Shown: one piece after another, positions 47,110-61,084 of the stretch | Layout of the letters: every line of letters begins with the position of its first letter | Numbering within the stretch: the stretch's first letter is position 1 | NCBI GenBank assembly: GCA_036172245.1 | Contig: JAYWIR010000027.1 | Location: forward strand, 682,001-746,000 | DNA length: 64,000 nt | Reading direction: 5' to 3' | From: Raillietiella orientalis | Taxonomy: Eukaryota | Notes under the pieces: generated by a model | The model's input: the letters and a program-made list of their open reading frames with translations, nothing else | The model's database searches: none | What the model was told of the DNA's origin: nothing | Position numbers and translations under genes: made by a program

Positions 47110-49099
47110 TTACTCGATCCTTGGCACGAATAGGGATTTTCTGATGCCAAAAAGAACGTAGAATCTCATGTTCTTAGTACAGTTTCTTCTGTCGTTGCAG
47201 TCCAAGCACATCCTAGGTAAATCTTATCAGTGAGAGTGCCCTCGACGTACGAATATCTTTCGCATCACAGTCAAGCAAATTGCTGTTGAAGGGTATTTTT
47301 CTATGGAACTAGAAGGGAAGACTTCGTGTACGCAGTTTCTGACCTGCGTATACTTGTAGTCGGAGCATCACCTTTCCCCCCCCCCCTTTTTTTTTTTTTT
47401 TCTTCGGCGCGTCATGCTTATGAAATGAATGAAGAAAGCCGGGCGTCCTCAGTCGCTCTTTCCTTGTCAAATCAGAGGAGAAATTAAACGGTTCAAGTAA
47501 AATGTTCAAACCCATAAAGAAAGTGCGTGTTGTAATGCTTTAAAAAGAAATGTTGATGGTTTTATTAGTAAGCTGGAAACATTAAACCACCCCCCTTGCT
47601 CTATGATCAGAGAGAAGTTTTATTGCATTGGTGAATAGGTGTCTTGTCGTGCACCGCAGCTCCACTCCCGAAGCATGAAATTTTGGGGGCCTTCGAAACG
47701 TATCCACGGCCCCATGGATTCACCGTAGTCGACGAGGCCTTTGCTCGATCGCTTCCACCAGGTGAAGGGTGCGAAGCGGCGAACTTCCTTTTTCCCTTCC
47801 GAATCACGTTGGCACCACCCACACACAGGATGTCAAGCAGTCGTGGGTGCGCTGCCCACTGATGAGGTCCACCTATCGTGTCGGCCCTACGTGTTGCGAG
47901 AGGAAGAGGCCGCCAGCCTCTTTCTGTTTCTCCTCCAAACGTTACTCCTATCAGGAAGGTCGTCTTGGAATGAAAGCAAACTCCGCAAAGGGTTAGAATG
48001 TACAGAAAAGCCGTTTACTTTGGTACACGTGGTTTCGGATGGTAGCAGTACCTCCGTTTTCAACTTGCGAGGACTATCCTAAGCGAGATGGATGCGTTGT
48101 TATGGTCCTGTTATGGCGTCGTTTCCTTTTTACGGCGTCGTAAGGCAGGAGAGCTGAAACCATGCTTTGGATGTCTGTCTCTGGTAGGGCATCTGTAGGG
48201 TTTCCCGTCCTTTGTTGATGAGTGGGGAGCTCTGGATGTTATAGGGTTTTGGAATGTTTCAAAAAGAATGCCGTGTCGGCTTTCTCAATGGCCAGGTGGC
48301 AATGTGTTCCCAGACGCAAGTCAGTGGCATTCCAGTGGTGCCAACTTCCTGCTGCAGTGCGTCCCGCATCCCGAATATACGGGGAGCATTTGCGTACGAA
48401 AATCTGAGCACATGCAAGAACAGTACTCTTCTAACAGATGGATTGTTTTGCAATAACGTTGCTGCTGCTGCTGCTGCTGCGTGTCGTGGTTTCCAAGTGG
48501 CTGAAGTGCACGCAAACAACTGGTATCTTCACGTCGTCTTATCAGTTCCATACTGCACTCAGATAAAACGACCGGGATGAAAGTGTGATCCGTTTTCATG
48601 TGCTTTTTTTTTTTTTTTTTTTTTTTTTTACTACGGATCCTAGTGGTGGTGTGTCGTTTTTCTAATCAGAGGTATAGCCGATAACCTGGAGCTATGCGAC
48701 GCGGACACCGCCTGGTAATTCCTTCATCAGAGAAGAGAGATGCCCACATAGAAATGTCGGCTAATTGGATCTTGGGTGTACCTGACTAAGCAATAAAGAT
48801 TCTCAGTTTTATTATTGAATAGCACATTCATTGTATCCCGGAGGAAAAAAAAAAGTACCGTATCTTAGGTGGTTGTGAACCGGAAGAAAGGGGAAAGCAA
48901 TCTCAGATGACTGTGATGTTAATTTCCTCCCTTCAGTATTGTTTTTTCGTGTCTGCGCGTTGCCGCGTGCGGTTTGCTGTGCACGAAAACGAAAAATGAA
49001 GGTAAAATAAAGGTGGCAATATGCATTTCGAGCTAATTTGCTATTCCGTTTTGGATTTGGAAGAGTTCGTGGCACATTTTGGTTTAAGGTACCAATTTT

Positions 49100-49800
49100 T
49101 GCGTTTCGCTAAACCGAAGTTTTGGTGGCTTTGACGTGCTGTAAGAACATCGCTGCTCCTGGCATTAAGCTATCGTAATTCCGCCATTTCGCGAAAGTCC
49201 GTCAGTGTACACATCACGGAGGCAGCTAACTGTACCCTCTTGCCCAGGACAAGGAGCTCAGGAAATCCTTTTTCCCGCTCTTCCGAATTGGTAGCGTCGC
49301 TCGTGCAAGAATCTTTGAGGCGCGGTACTTCTTCTGAAGCTGAAGCTGCGGTACCTTTCCGGCGTTGCATTCGATTTGAGCTTTTGCTACAAGCTGTCAT
49401 TGTGATCATTCCGCTCTACAGTTCCTTCATGCCCATTAAAAGGAAACCCATTTCGAACAGATTAGGGTTTGCTGGATTTCCGACAGCAGCAAATGCAAGC
49501 AATGTGCTCATTTTCTTGCCATTTCCAATTACCTTTCCTCGGTCGGAGACCGCCCGCTTCTCTTACTTTCGGGCTTCGAGTCCGATTATGCCCAGCAGCC
49601 TTGTATGCCTCCTCCCAAGTTTTCCCACCGCTGAGTTTTCTAGCATTCACCTTTCTTCCTGGAAAGCTTTTGAAACGCACTGTAACTCGTGTTTCGGCTT
49701 TCCGTCCTGCAGATTCCTAGCCCCCTCACTACTTTCCCCCCTGATTACCTGATTTGGGCGGACGTTTGGACATTGTAAGAAACAAATTCGCTTTGTGGGC
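49100..49800 (-). mobile_element. Decayed RLE-domain fragment
   Basis: KVREAGGLRPRKGNWKWQENEHIACIC resembles VPG...LRPDLV........IIDV. Confidence 0.25.
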
Positions 49801-50259
49801 ATCCTTACAGCCTTTAGGGCTCATTCTAGATACTCCGTTATACTCAGGCCAGTGGACTTTGTTCCCGTTTCCAAAAGTTTCAGGACCTCGAAAATTATTC
49901 TCGACTCTTCCTTGAACTGCAGGTAGGAGTCCACTTCAGGAAGGGAAGAGTGAGGAGGAGGAGGAGAGGGAAGGAGGCTGCAGGGGAAAAAGAGGGGAGG
50001 CCCGCGTCGGAGGCCTTGTGGTTTAGGTTTCCGCGCGTGACACCATGCGTCGCGGGTTCGAATACTTCGGCAGAAACTCTGACGCCACTGCGTCGTCGAG
50101 TTCCGAGTTTCTCCTGCAATGGCGCTGGTTGGCCGAGACATTCGGGCGTGGCACCGGCGGTGGATTAAGCCGGAGGCCCCCCGATGAAGGCCGGAACAAT
50201 GGGAGTCGACCTTCGGGTCCTCCCAGGAATCAAGGAGTGGGGAGTTCCCCCTCCGGTCG

Positions 50260-50680
50260 TGCAACGGAGAGCGGACCCCCGTCACCGGAGGATCCCTCTG
50301 GTTTCAAGATGGAGCAAGAGCCCTCACGGGCACCTCTCCAGTTGTTCAAAGGAGCGGACCCTCCCCGTTGCGGGGGGGACCCTCCGAGTCGTCGCCTCTT
50401 CACAGAGTGTGCACAAGGAAGCAAGCGAGAGCGATTACCTGCGGGAAGCTGCAGCGCCCCTTCTGAAGCGTCCCTTCGGGGTTCTCTTCAGAGGAGTGAA
50501 CAGGAGCGGTTCCCCTGCGGGTTCCCTCCGGAGAAGAAATTCCTACTAGCGGATCCTTTCCGGGTTCCCTTCGGAGAAGAAAAAATGGAGAGGACCACCC
50601 TCCTCCCAGGGGGTGTCCCTCCGGAGAGAATGAGGAAGGAGATTCCCTGCGAGATTCCCCTTCGGAGACAACCAGGGTGG
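50260..50680 (+). repeat. Degenerate GC-rich minisatellite-like array (units about 40-45 bp)
   Basis: Recurring GGAGCGG.TCCCCT.CGGG.TCCCTCCGGAGAAGAA-like units near 50268, 50351, 50503, 50548, 50587 and 50637. Confidence 0.6.
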
Positions 50681-50849
50681 GAGGTGCGATCCCTCCCCAA
50701 GCGTGAAAGGAACGGACTCGGAGCCCTTCCTGGATTCATAGGGCGGACCCCCATCCCGGGATGCTCCCTATCCTGAAGAATTACACTGAATTACACGCCC
50801 CCCTGCGGGTTGCCGCGGGCGGAGGGGCGTGGAAACAAAACAGTGTGTT

Positions 50850-53800
50850 AATGTTTAAAAAGAGCCACGTGCGCCGCGAGGCACGCGACCGGCTCTGAGG
50901 TACTTAGCGAACCAAAAAAAAGGAAACTCTTAAAAAAAAAAGCTGAAAGAAAAACAGCGAAAAAAGAACCCAAGGATCTCCATCGTCCTAGGCCAATAGT
51001 AACGATCTCCTCGTGGGGGTCGCTACTGGCCTTTAAAAAAAAAAAAAAAAAAGAGGGGAGGGTGGGGCATCTTTCGACCGCGGAGGCCTCCACTATTTAT
51101 GCAGATGTTCTTCTCAACAGCAGTCGCATACACCAGTTGATTCCGGTCGCCTGGGAACCCCGGGTTCTGCGAACGTCGTTGTCCTGAATGCGAATGTAGC
51201 TCCTTCTTAATCTCCGTGCTGTCTGGAGGAAGATTGCAGTCTCACGAGAAATTTGTTTGCTGGACGAGGTTTCTCTTTATGCTTGCGTGTACAATACACT
51301 GAAGAGTTATCCATGGTACTCCTTTGTTTGTTAGATGGTGTGTCCCGTGCGCTTGTTGTCGCCACAATTGGTTGAAATGATCTTTCCTTTGTGTTGGCAG
51401 CTTCCAAGAGCCCGCTAAGTTTCTGTTTCTCCTCCCGAGGACCATCGCTTTTCTGTATTCTAAATCGCTTCCTCCTAGACTCCAGATTTGTAACTGGACA
51501 CGGAATTTTCATCCTCAATCTCCCCCTGAAACGCTTGGGGAGATTGTGCTCACGCTTTCCTTTTACATTCAATATTCAGATTTTCCCTTTCATCTCCAAA
51601 AGTTCCGTGTAATCACCGCAGCACTTTCTCCCGCAAGCTGCAAACTTGAAATTCATAAATAACCGTTTACTTACCAACAAGAAGAAAATTCTGTTGCCTT
51701 CGACTTTTCCTGTCCGACTCGTGCATTCAGACAGCCACGTTCCTTCGGGATCATCCATGGCTCGAGTTGTGAGAGAGACATCCCGATAAAAGGCATATCA
51801 GACTGCTGGGTTTCGTACAGTGCTGCCTTTTCTTGTACATTCCATCGACAGCCCGTCTGTTTGAGAATTTCGCTCGCACTATATTCGCTTCTGAGGTCGA
51901 CCCACACGAGGACTGTTTATGAATTCGTTTTAGGTTATGCCAAACCCATCATCATCAAGTCCCGTGGAACAATTTTATGCTTTGCCTTTGGGAACCGCAA
52001 ACAACAACAACAGCATTTGCTTTCAGCTATTTCACTGCTGTTTTTATATTAAAGAGGAACGCTGGGAACTTGGCACGTCTTCGAGAAGATGATTTCTTAA
52101 TGCATTCCTACTAGCAATGTTCTTCTATGTTTGCAGACTGATGTACGCTTTTCCTTCTCCGTTTTCCTCCATTTCCGGCCGGAGTATCAGGTTAAAACCT
52201 TTCGTTGTTTTCCTCTTCTTACCAGGGCTGTTCGCTCCAGGGTCCACTCGCGTCGCCTAGCAGTCTGTTTTCTTGTTTCCCAAACAGTACATCCCGAATA
52301 TGTTTGTGCTTCTCCTGGAGCACGAGGTGTACCGCCAGCACGGTCTGTTTGCCAGGCCCGCGCTTTCTTTATGATCCTTGGGTTAGTAACCATTTGGGTG
52401 AGGATTACTCCAAGACGGGAATCGCCGAATGTGCTGAATTTATACTTTTCTGCTGTTCTCCGAAGGCACGTTGTCGTGACACTCCTTGTACTATTAAAAC
52501 TTATGTGTAAAAGCGATCGTGCACAATGTAGACTCTGTAGAATACCGTTGGACGCGTCGCCACTACGGGTGGAAGCCGTAAGTCTCTGCTTCTGAAATCG
52601 GAAAGAAATAGAAACTGTCTGTTTAAGTCTGATCCTTTGCATGCCGATCTCTGGGCATGAAGAAAAAGCACGTCACGTTGGAAACAGCGTGATGACGTGA
52701 TGACGCACTCATCGCTCCATGTCGATTTCCCATCCAGAAGAACCAGCCTCTGTATTCGTGAGAGGAAAGGAGGATGGGCACGAAAATGCGGTTTCCCGAA
52801 TGGTCTGTGCTTTTTTTCCATCTTACCAAACTCGTGCGTCACGGGAGGCTTGCCCGGTGCCCTGGTGGACGTGTCTTCTAGGATGCACCAATGTATGCCC
52901 TTTGGCTATCTACTTTGCTGGCTGTAGTCCGGAAATGGAAGAAACGATTGCAACACGGTCCACTCAACAGGCGAATCGCAAATTTCTGTATTGGACGGCT
53001 CGATAATAAAGATTCCACGAGGCGACACGATTTCATCTCTTAGAGCCTTCTAATGTGTGTCGTCAAGTGCATATGGACAGTTTCATCTTCAGATGAATCC
53101 TCGTCCGCACGCAATGTTTGAAAATCCCGCAGAAACAGCAAACCACGGTCCGGGGTCCTAAAGTCAAATTTGTAACTCCTTCCTTGTGTTGAAAAAGCAT
53201 CGTTAATTTCTACCCCCCGACTTCATCTGAATCCAATGATCTTAATTTAAGGAGCATCTCATGTCACTGAGCGAAACCTTTACAGACTTTTTGCCTTCAA
53301 ACAATCTTTTTAGCAAACAGTTTTGTCTTCCGTTTCTGAAAACACTTGTGTCCGGTAGGACATCTGGAAGCTCAGGAGAGATGCAGTGCACGCACATGGC
53401 GGCCTTCGGAGGAAAGCTGCGGACGTGGTGTGTCGAGTACTCCGTGGGCTCCGTCGGTCAGGTTTGACCCATTGATGGCAGACGTAGCAAATCCTCTGGG
53501 TGAAAATGTACGACTGGTCTCACTGAGTACGAACATACTCACCGAGACGAAAGAGCAAACATCCGCATTTAATTCAGAACATCCTGTATTGACTGCATCT
53601 TGTTTCGAGGAGTCGAAAATGTCTCCTTTCAAGATAGATTTCGGGTGAGTGAATGAAGTTGTCTCGAGGTTTCCATGTGAGGAATGCCCCTATATCTCAT
53701 CCACGTTTCTTATCCCTCTTCCAGCAACATATCTACTTATTATCTAATTCGTAATGAAAGGTTCATGACTCGCATCGTCCTCGCATGATCATTCGTCAGG

Positions 53801-53900
53801 GTTCGTCATTAACTTCTGACAACCGATCTTTTCTGCCGCTGTCCATGCGTGCTGAATTCCAGGTTGAAAGCCCTACAAAGCACAAGTGGGGCTTAAGTTC
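50850..53900 (-). mobile_element. Decayed NeSL/Utopia-like element (RT to RLE)
   Basis: IQMKSGVEINDAFS...TLRADED, RIFVPIL, STMDNSSVYCTRKH...ANKFLVRL (ETL.HVL..C...RHN.I..RL), RRPE, IVEAS, IVTIGLGRW. Confidence 0.5.
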
Positions 53901-54184
53901 GTCTGTGGTAGACAGACTGCAGTTTTTTCCTCTGTCATCACACACACGTTCCTTTGGAGACCCACGTGGGCAGTTCAGCAACTTGATTCTCTCGAAATGT
54001 GCTCATGGTACTTCTTCTTGATCTTTCGTTGAAAGTGGTGTTCACTCGTAGTTTCATTCTGTTTTTATGCATCTCCGGAAAATATCCTCTAATGTTATTG
54101 TTTTCTTCTTTCGTCTACGTTTATTTAGACATTTTCAAAATATTAGTTTGCCTTCTATTCCTGTGAGGGAGGGGAGGGGGAGGA

Positions 54185-54434
54185 AGGATCCTCCGTCTCG
54201 TACCATGGAGCTGGTGGACCGGTACCTCTCCAGAGTCTCAAGAAGCGAGCTGCTCGCTTAGGGGGGAGAGGCACTTCAGAGAAACCGGGAAGCGTCCCTT
54301 CGGGGTTCTCTTCAGAGGAGGAGGAAACAAGGAGCGGTTCCCTTGCCAGGGGTCCCTCCGAAGAAGGAACGAGGAGCGGCCCATACACAAATCGAAGGGC
54401 CCCCCCGTCTTTTTTCCTTCAAGACACGAAAAAA

Positions 54435-54480
<46 letters not shown>
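54185..54480 (+). repeat. Second partial copy of the 50.3-50.5 kb repeat, followed by a 43-nt poly(A)
   Basis: GAAGCGTCCCTTCGGGGTTCTCTTCAGAGGAG is identical near 50465 and 54289; A run at 54438-54480. Confidence 0.75.
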
Positions 54481-54482
<2 letters not shown>

Positions 54483-56250
54483 TTATGGATTATAAAAGAT
54501 TATTAAAGCTATATAAGATTATGCAGCTTTGTAATCTGACGACTGAATCTGAGAACTTCCAGTTTATCGATAGGAGAAGATTGTAATGCATTTTTGTGTG
54601 TGTTTGTGGATAAAGCACCAAATGAACCAACTCAAAGCATAATCTTATTGCCTGATGCGGCAGAGAGGTAATTTAGACTTGACCGCGGTTCTCTGGTGTC
54701 AATGGAAGCTTTGGTTTTTTGAGAGCTTTCTGTTCACATGCTTCTTCTGATCCTTTTCGAATGCTGTGCTCACGAGTTTCAAAGATCCGCGCTGAATGGA
54801 ATCTCCGTTGCTTCATGAGGAGGAAGCCGAATCAGCCAGAGTGTCTGTACAAAAGCCTTTGAATAAACGATTGCTTTGAAAGACGAGGCAGCTGCTGCTA
54901 AGAGTTTATATCGAGGGATGTTGTTCCACAGTGTGTGCCGCCTTTGGAATGCTTATGTGGAGACGGTTTAACGAAGGAACTTTCAATGCACAAATGAAAA
55001 GATTGGCCTCCTGACCGCTTGGCCACTAATCTGTGGATAATCATCCTGAACTGAGTACCATTTTGAAAGGCACTGTGTCGTGGACTTCAGGAGTGGCGCA
55101 TCGGGAAAAGCTGATGAAAGTCGTGGTTCCTGACAGGGCGCACAACGAATGATCGATCCCATGATGGGGCATTGACTACCCATCGTTTCGATGACGATGA
55201 TCAGCGAAACGCCTCGGGCTGGAAGGTGTGCAGTTCAAGTGATAACCAACGGCGCGACCGGGGAAAGGTAGACTGCTTGAGGGGCAGTGGAACGAGGTCG
55301 CAAAAAAGAGTGGGGATGTCGGCAGTTGCGGCTGCGAGCGCGGGTGCCTGCGGATGCGGAGGCTGCGGTGCCCGGAGGCGAGTCGCTCCCCAAGAAGAAG
55401 TTTTGGAAAGCAGCAGGAAGAGCAGTGGTGGGAGAGGTACCGGGGTGAGTTATGAGAAATTTGCCAGAGAGTTAAGTGGGCGGGAGGATGACGAAAGTGG
55501 TTGAAACTCGAACGGTAGTTCTGGAATGTAATTATGTGTTCAAGCGACCGGGGCCAGTGGGGAAGAAACCGGGAGATCAAAATGCCCCCGCTGGAACGGC
55601 CGATGTTCTTTGTTACGGTATTTTACTACTTGTCATGCTTAAGCAGACCTAATCAGTCTTTCCCGAAATTTCCTGAATGCTGATAACTTGCCGTTAAATT
55701 TGTTGATCAATTCAAAATACAACCTCTCCAGGAAAAATGCACTCAGCTAGCAGTAAACCGTAAAGAATGATTTGGTAAAAGGCATCCATCCCGGCATAAG
55801 CCAAAATTTACGTTAGGCCCTCCGTAGCTTCTCGTGTTTTCTCTGCATCACGAAGGCAAACGCCTTTAAGCACTACGATTATGTGCACAGTGTTTGTGAA
55901 AGTGTTCAATTTCATTGCCACAGACGTCCCTAATTGAAACCTGGGTAAATACGGGTTCAATCTCTTGTTTACTTTCCGTGCAGTGCATAGAAGGATAAAA
56001 CGGATATATTAGCAGCATGACGTGAGATGTGTGAGTTAAGTTTTAGGCTCGCCACCCTTTTTATTGCTGATTCTGTATGGAGCTCAGTTAGCACTGAGCT
56101 TATGATGTACATTAACGCATCCTTAAATCAGTACATTAAATGTTACCATGAGACTTCCCTCACTTGAAGATTGCTCTTCCAGTTTCAAAAATTTTTAGGA
56201 ATCTTTCACATGAACAACTTTCCAAGCGTAGTTTCAGCTGCAAATATAAT

Positions 56251-57570
56251 ATGGAAATTTCAACAGTGGATCCACGAAGAGCCATTTTGACTACATGTGT
56301 TGGAATTTTTTGCTCGGAAGTTGGATTTGAAAGTGTGGAAAAAGTGGCCCTTGAGGTTTTGGTTGAAATGGCGCAGAGCTGTGAGTGACTTTAGAGATCT
56401 TTGAATTCTTGCCTCTCTTGAAACTTGAGATTTGCTAATTTAATTTCCACTTGCAACATGAAAATGATAAATTGTGCTTATTCATGCAGATGAAACAAAA
56501 ATATAGTGTGTTATTGATGTGGGTTTTATTTCTCCTGTGAATGCATCATGTAAACGCCTTGATTATTAAATTGATTATTGTATTTAAATTATAAGAAAGT
56601 ATCCAAGTGCACATTTTAATTCATCTAATTGTAATGCTGCTAGATTAAGCAGGCGTTGCTTTAAAATGCAGCCATGTGTTCTCATGCATGTATTCAAATA
56701 TGTCAATATTATGGGAAGATTTTTGAAACTGTTTTTGTAATTCACTGAATGGTGCCACAGAAATAAATCCATGTAATCCGTATTATCGTTTTAGTTCTTT
56801 GTGAATTAGGTCGCAGCACACAAGCCTTTTGTGAATTGAGTGGCCGCACGGAACCTACTCCATCAGATGCTTATCTTACCATGTTGGAAATGGGATATAA
56901 TGTGGATCGATTACAAGAATTCAACTGGAAGAACCAGCCTGTCACTTTGCCACCCATTCAGATATTACCCATTCCGAAACAGCCGAATATTTTGCAGACT
57001 GGGATCAAACGATTTCACCCATCCCATATTCCAGATCATCTACCTCCTTTTCCAGATTCCTATGCATACATCCGAACTCCAGTAAGTTTAAGAATGTGGA
57101 GAAAGAACAGAGTCTATTTGCTTCCCAGACTCACAAGCAACCTGTTACTGAGTATGATGCTATTCGAGAAAAAGCAGCGAATCAGAAACGAGATGTGGAA
57201 CGTGCACTCACCAGATTTATGGCTAAAACAATGGAAGTGCAGTCTCTTTTCCCAGGCCAAGATGATGGTGGTTTTCCATGTGAGTAGTGAGTTCATTGCC
57301 AATGTTTGTTGATGACTGCCCTTAGTGGTCCCATGCAAATCATCAGCACAACCTTATTTGAGTGCTTTACTCCAAGAAGATCAAGTCTTCCCAGAAGACG
57401 ATATGAGTTTTTATCGACCACGTAAAAAGCAAAGAAAGGATGATGAAATGAGTAATGACAATACTGGAGAAGGAGCAGATTTTAGCCAGGACTCCTTGGA
57501 AGCAATTGACAATCCATATTTGCGTCCAGCAAGATTACCACATTGTCATTTATCACATCCAGAAAGATGA
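56251..57570 (+). CDS. TAF8: Transcription initiation factor TFIID subunit 8, about 270 aa
   Basis: Histone-fold N-terminus (RRAILTTCVGIFCSEVGFESVEKVALEVLVEMAQSFLCELGRSTQAFCELSGRTEP), TAF8_C motif HPSHIPDHLPPFPDSYAYIRTP...YDAIREKAANQKRDVERALTRF, then PYLSALL and DNPYLRP. Exons: 56251-56380, 56795-57081, 57129-57279, 57326-57570 (sum 813 nt). Confidence 0.95.
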
Positions 57571-58499
57571 TGATGTAAAAAGTATTGGGATTGTTGTTTC
57601 ATGTCAGTATTCCACCAAAGATAACAGGATGATGTGGAATCATAAATGCAGGTGTGCCTGCATTGTGAATCCTATGAACGTATTAGGAATTTGTTGGGGT
57701 TTCAAATGGAAATTTGGGCCTAGTTATTAAATATAGGAGATTGTGATTTGCAAATCATTAACTATGTAATAGAAATGAAGTAGATGTTGGTATGATTTGT
57801 TTTGAAACTGATTATTACAAAATTATAGTGCCAATGGTCTTGTTAATAGTTTGGCAATATCAGAGCATCCATTTGTTTTGTTTTCAAGAGTTCATGCTTA
57901 TGCGAATGCCTTTCTTGCCGAATTTGAATCCCTTGTTCCTACAGAGGGATTTGATGCAGGGATTTTCAAAGTCCTGCTTATTGCATAGATAGGGCAGCTG
58001 TAAAAATAGCATTTTTATTTCTGAATATTGAACGAATCACATAAGAGCTAACAAGCCATTTGTGTAAAGCATTTTTATTTTCATCTAATTTCCACAGTGC
58101 AGTTGTGCCATTTTTCTGCGGTATGCAAATTTGTACTCATAGATTTGGTCAAGTGCAGAAGCACAAGGACTTTTATGGATCTCATTCTTGGCTGTAAAAG
58201 CAATGCAGGAGTAAACAGATGCAATGAGATGGTTTTCTCTTTCTTTCTTTCTTTGCTCTTTTATTTTCAAAACTCTTCGTGGAAGAAGCATCCACGTGAA
58301 TTCTCGAAAAAGGAAAAAGAAAAAAAATATGATTTTCTGATCTTAATTTACTTTTCGCATCGTTTTCTTGCGGTCCGTAATAATGTAGCATTTCTCCCAA
58401 TTATTCCTCATGCTTCCTTTTTTTTTTTTTTTTTACCGACAAATATTCTTGCACATGGGTAGCACCCACTAGGAATACTCCCCCGCAAATTGAATACCG

Positions 58500-59480
58500 A
58501 GTTTGTTAGCAAAACTTGACCAGTTTGGTATGGAAATGCTTCAGAGTACTCTGAGAGACCGGGGCTGTCGTGAAACGCCTGACCCATGAGGAGTTTCTAT
58601 TCGGTCTGGACCTTCCCACTGCAAACAGAAACTTGACGAGAGAAAATTGAAAGCAAAAGTTCTTTCACGAATGCTGCAATCCATTTTCTTGGAGAATTAA
58701 AAGTGGAGGTAAATTTAAGAGCAAAGATGGAAGGCTTCTTGCGTAGACAAGCTGGCAAGACACAGCGGGTTGTAACCCTTTTCTGCAAGTTGGTATAAAA
58801 ATCATCGTTTTGTGATTCCTCATTTCCTTGTGCACTCAAAGGATGATGGGTGACACCCATCACCCTTTCCCTCATCTGATTGCCCAAGGGAAGAACACCA
58901 CATGTGATTCTGGAAGGATGCAGGTGCACCCTCAGAAACGATTCATAGGGTACAGTACAGAGAGTTGTAACCGCCGAAATTCCCTGGTGGGTGCACCGCC
59001 TCGGAATTAAGACAGTCCGGTGCACGCACATCATCCAGGGATATCCTCAGACACGCGGGACGGAGAATGTTCAACGGAGTCTTTAAGCCGTTGCCAATAA
59101 CGACAGACCTCGTCGCCGAATTCAGGGCTTCATGTAAGTCATGAATCCGCGGATGCGTAAAGACGAGTCTGTGCAAAATGGGATGGGTTTAAGATGCCAT
59201 CCATCAATTCAGGTCAGAAAACGAAGAACGATCGATGCAATGGGAGCATTCTCCGAGCCCTGGTAACTCCGAAATCCAACCGAGGGCCGGTGGCTGACCG
59301 ACCACCGGCACCCCACCGTGCCTGCGCGCATGCATCTTCGTCCGGGAAAGAGGAATCGTAAACGGTGTCCGACGAGGCAGAAGTCGCGACAAAGGAATTG
59401 GCCGGCGATTCGACCCACACGGTCAAGAGGAACCACCTTCGCGCAATCTAATTGCGGCCTCCCATTGCCAGCCTACAGCG
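58500..59480 (-). mobile_element. Decayed non-LTR RT fragment
   Basis: LRFLFPGRRCMRAGTVGCRWSVS (L..LF..C...G.VP..W..S), LHEALNSA...CLRISLDDVRAP, RITCGV, NDDF. Confidence 0.45.
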
Positions 59481-60049
59481 CAGACCCGGTAGCGTTGAAC
59501 TTCGTTGCAACACGGACGACGCAGCCCTGCTCTGTTTCCATGGCACCACCTCCTGCTTGCAGCGAAAAAGAAGTGACCGAATGGCAAGGCAGCAAAAGCT
59601 CGGTCCCTCCCCCCCCCCCTCCCCCAAAAAAAAAAAAAAAAAAATAAGAAAGATTTTTGTCCCACAGGACACGCAAGCTACATAAGAGATGGACCAAGCA
59701 CACTGGAAGGAAAGGTTGCATAAAAAAGACGAGAGCAGTAACATTTGTTTCCATTTTATTGTTCAAAATGGGCATCTCTCCGATTCATTCCCGTATAAAC
59801 AAATTTGATTTCTTAAGTGCTTGCCAAGGTTCAGCGAAGGCAGACGTCAGTGCCGTCGATCCGATCGCACTGCTTTTCCTTTATGGGCAACGGAGAAGGC
59901 AGTGATCGCAGACAGCGATTAGGGCTGGAAATTGGCATCCATGCATGCAAAGTCCTGCACTGCCGCGTTCGTACGGTACTCGTGAATCATTTCAAGTGCG
60001 CTGCGATAAGACGCTCCCGAGGCGGCGGCGGTGGAATCGCGGAGGGCTC

Positions 60050-60900
60050 TCCACCCTGCGTTCTGTAATTCCGGATGCGCCTGAGGGAAGGAGACTTCGC
60101 ACGCTTCCTCCGTCGGCGAGGAACGGCGGCGCGTCGCTTCGTTCGCCGCCGCGACCGGAGGGAGTCGCCAACGCCGCGAACTCTCAAAGAGGTCGATCTC
60201 CTGCAGACTCGCCCGTGTTTGCGGAGGATGCTCCGCGGATTCGGAGCGGTGGCCGCTCGGAGGAACGTCGGGGACGACGGCAGCTTCCGGGGCGCGCTCT
60301 CTCCGGCTTGGGGTTGCGTCCGAAGCCTGCCCTCTGCGCCCGTTGCCGGTAAATTCCTCCTGAGCTGCAGATGCCGGGGAATCCTTCCAGGGTCGGTACG
60401 GCAGCTGGCGGCGGGCCTTGAGTGGAGGGAGGGCCGGCACGAGCTGGAACTTGCTCGCGGTCCCTTCGTCTGCGCCGTCCGAGCAGACGATGCGGCCAGC
60501 GCCATGGTCAGCTGCCAGTCTGCTTTCGCGCGCGCCTCTTCAGCTCCCTCGGGGAGTAGCGTCGCTGGCGCCCTTTTCCTTCTGGAGGAAATCGCCCCAC
60601 CCCCTTTATGGTCTCCGTCGGGGGGGGAACCCGAACGACTGCTGCTGAGGCGGGAGGACCTTGGGGACTGGAAAGGAACCGCTCGCGGGTGGGCACGTGG
60701 CCAGGGAAAGCGGGAAGGCTCCATAGGTTTCACCGCCGCTGGGCACCTCCGGTGGAGGGACGCAGGGAAGAGTCCCCCGCTGGACGAAGTGGGAAGGCGG
60801 CTCCTTCTCCCGTCCTGACTTCCCGGGCCAGTCGTGAGGACCCCGGGATGCTGAAACGGGAAGCTGCTGCCCCGCAGGCTGGCAAGATAAGGGTCCTCGC
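60050..60900 (+). mobile_element. Decayed GC-rich non-LTR RT fragment
   Basis: LRGFGAV, RCRGILPGS, CAVRADDA in RT motif order within ORF 60075-60818. Confidence 0.35.
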
Positions 60901-61084
60901 CGTACCCCTCTTCTCCTCGACCTCACCCGTCGGGGGGAGGGGATCCCCACACTGCGCTTCCCTCGCTTCTGAAGAACCACATTCTTATCCACAAGCGGAC
61001 TCGCGCCACCGCCGACCACTTCGCTACGAGGTTGCGGTGAAGAGCGGAAGGGGAGGAAGCTGCGGTGGACACCCCGGACCCTCC

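Noticed and set aside
50260..50680. CRISPR-like array
   Set aside because: Units are degenerate and irregular, there are no unique spacers or cas genes, and the context is eukaryotic.
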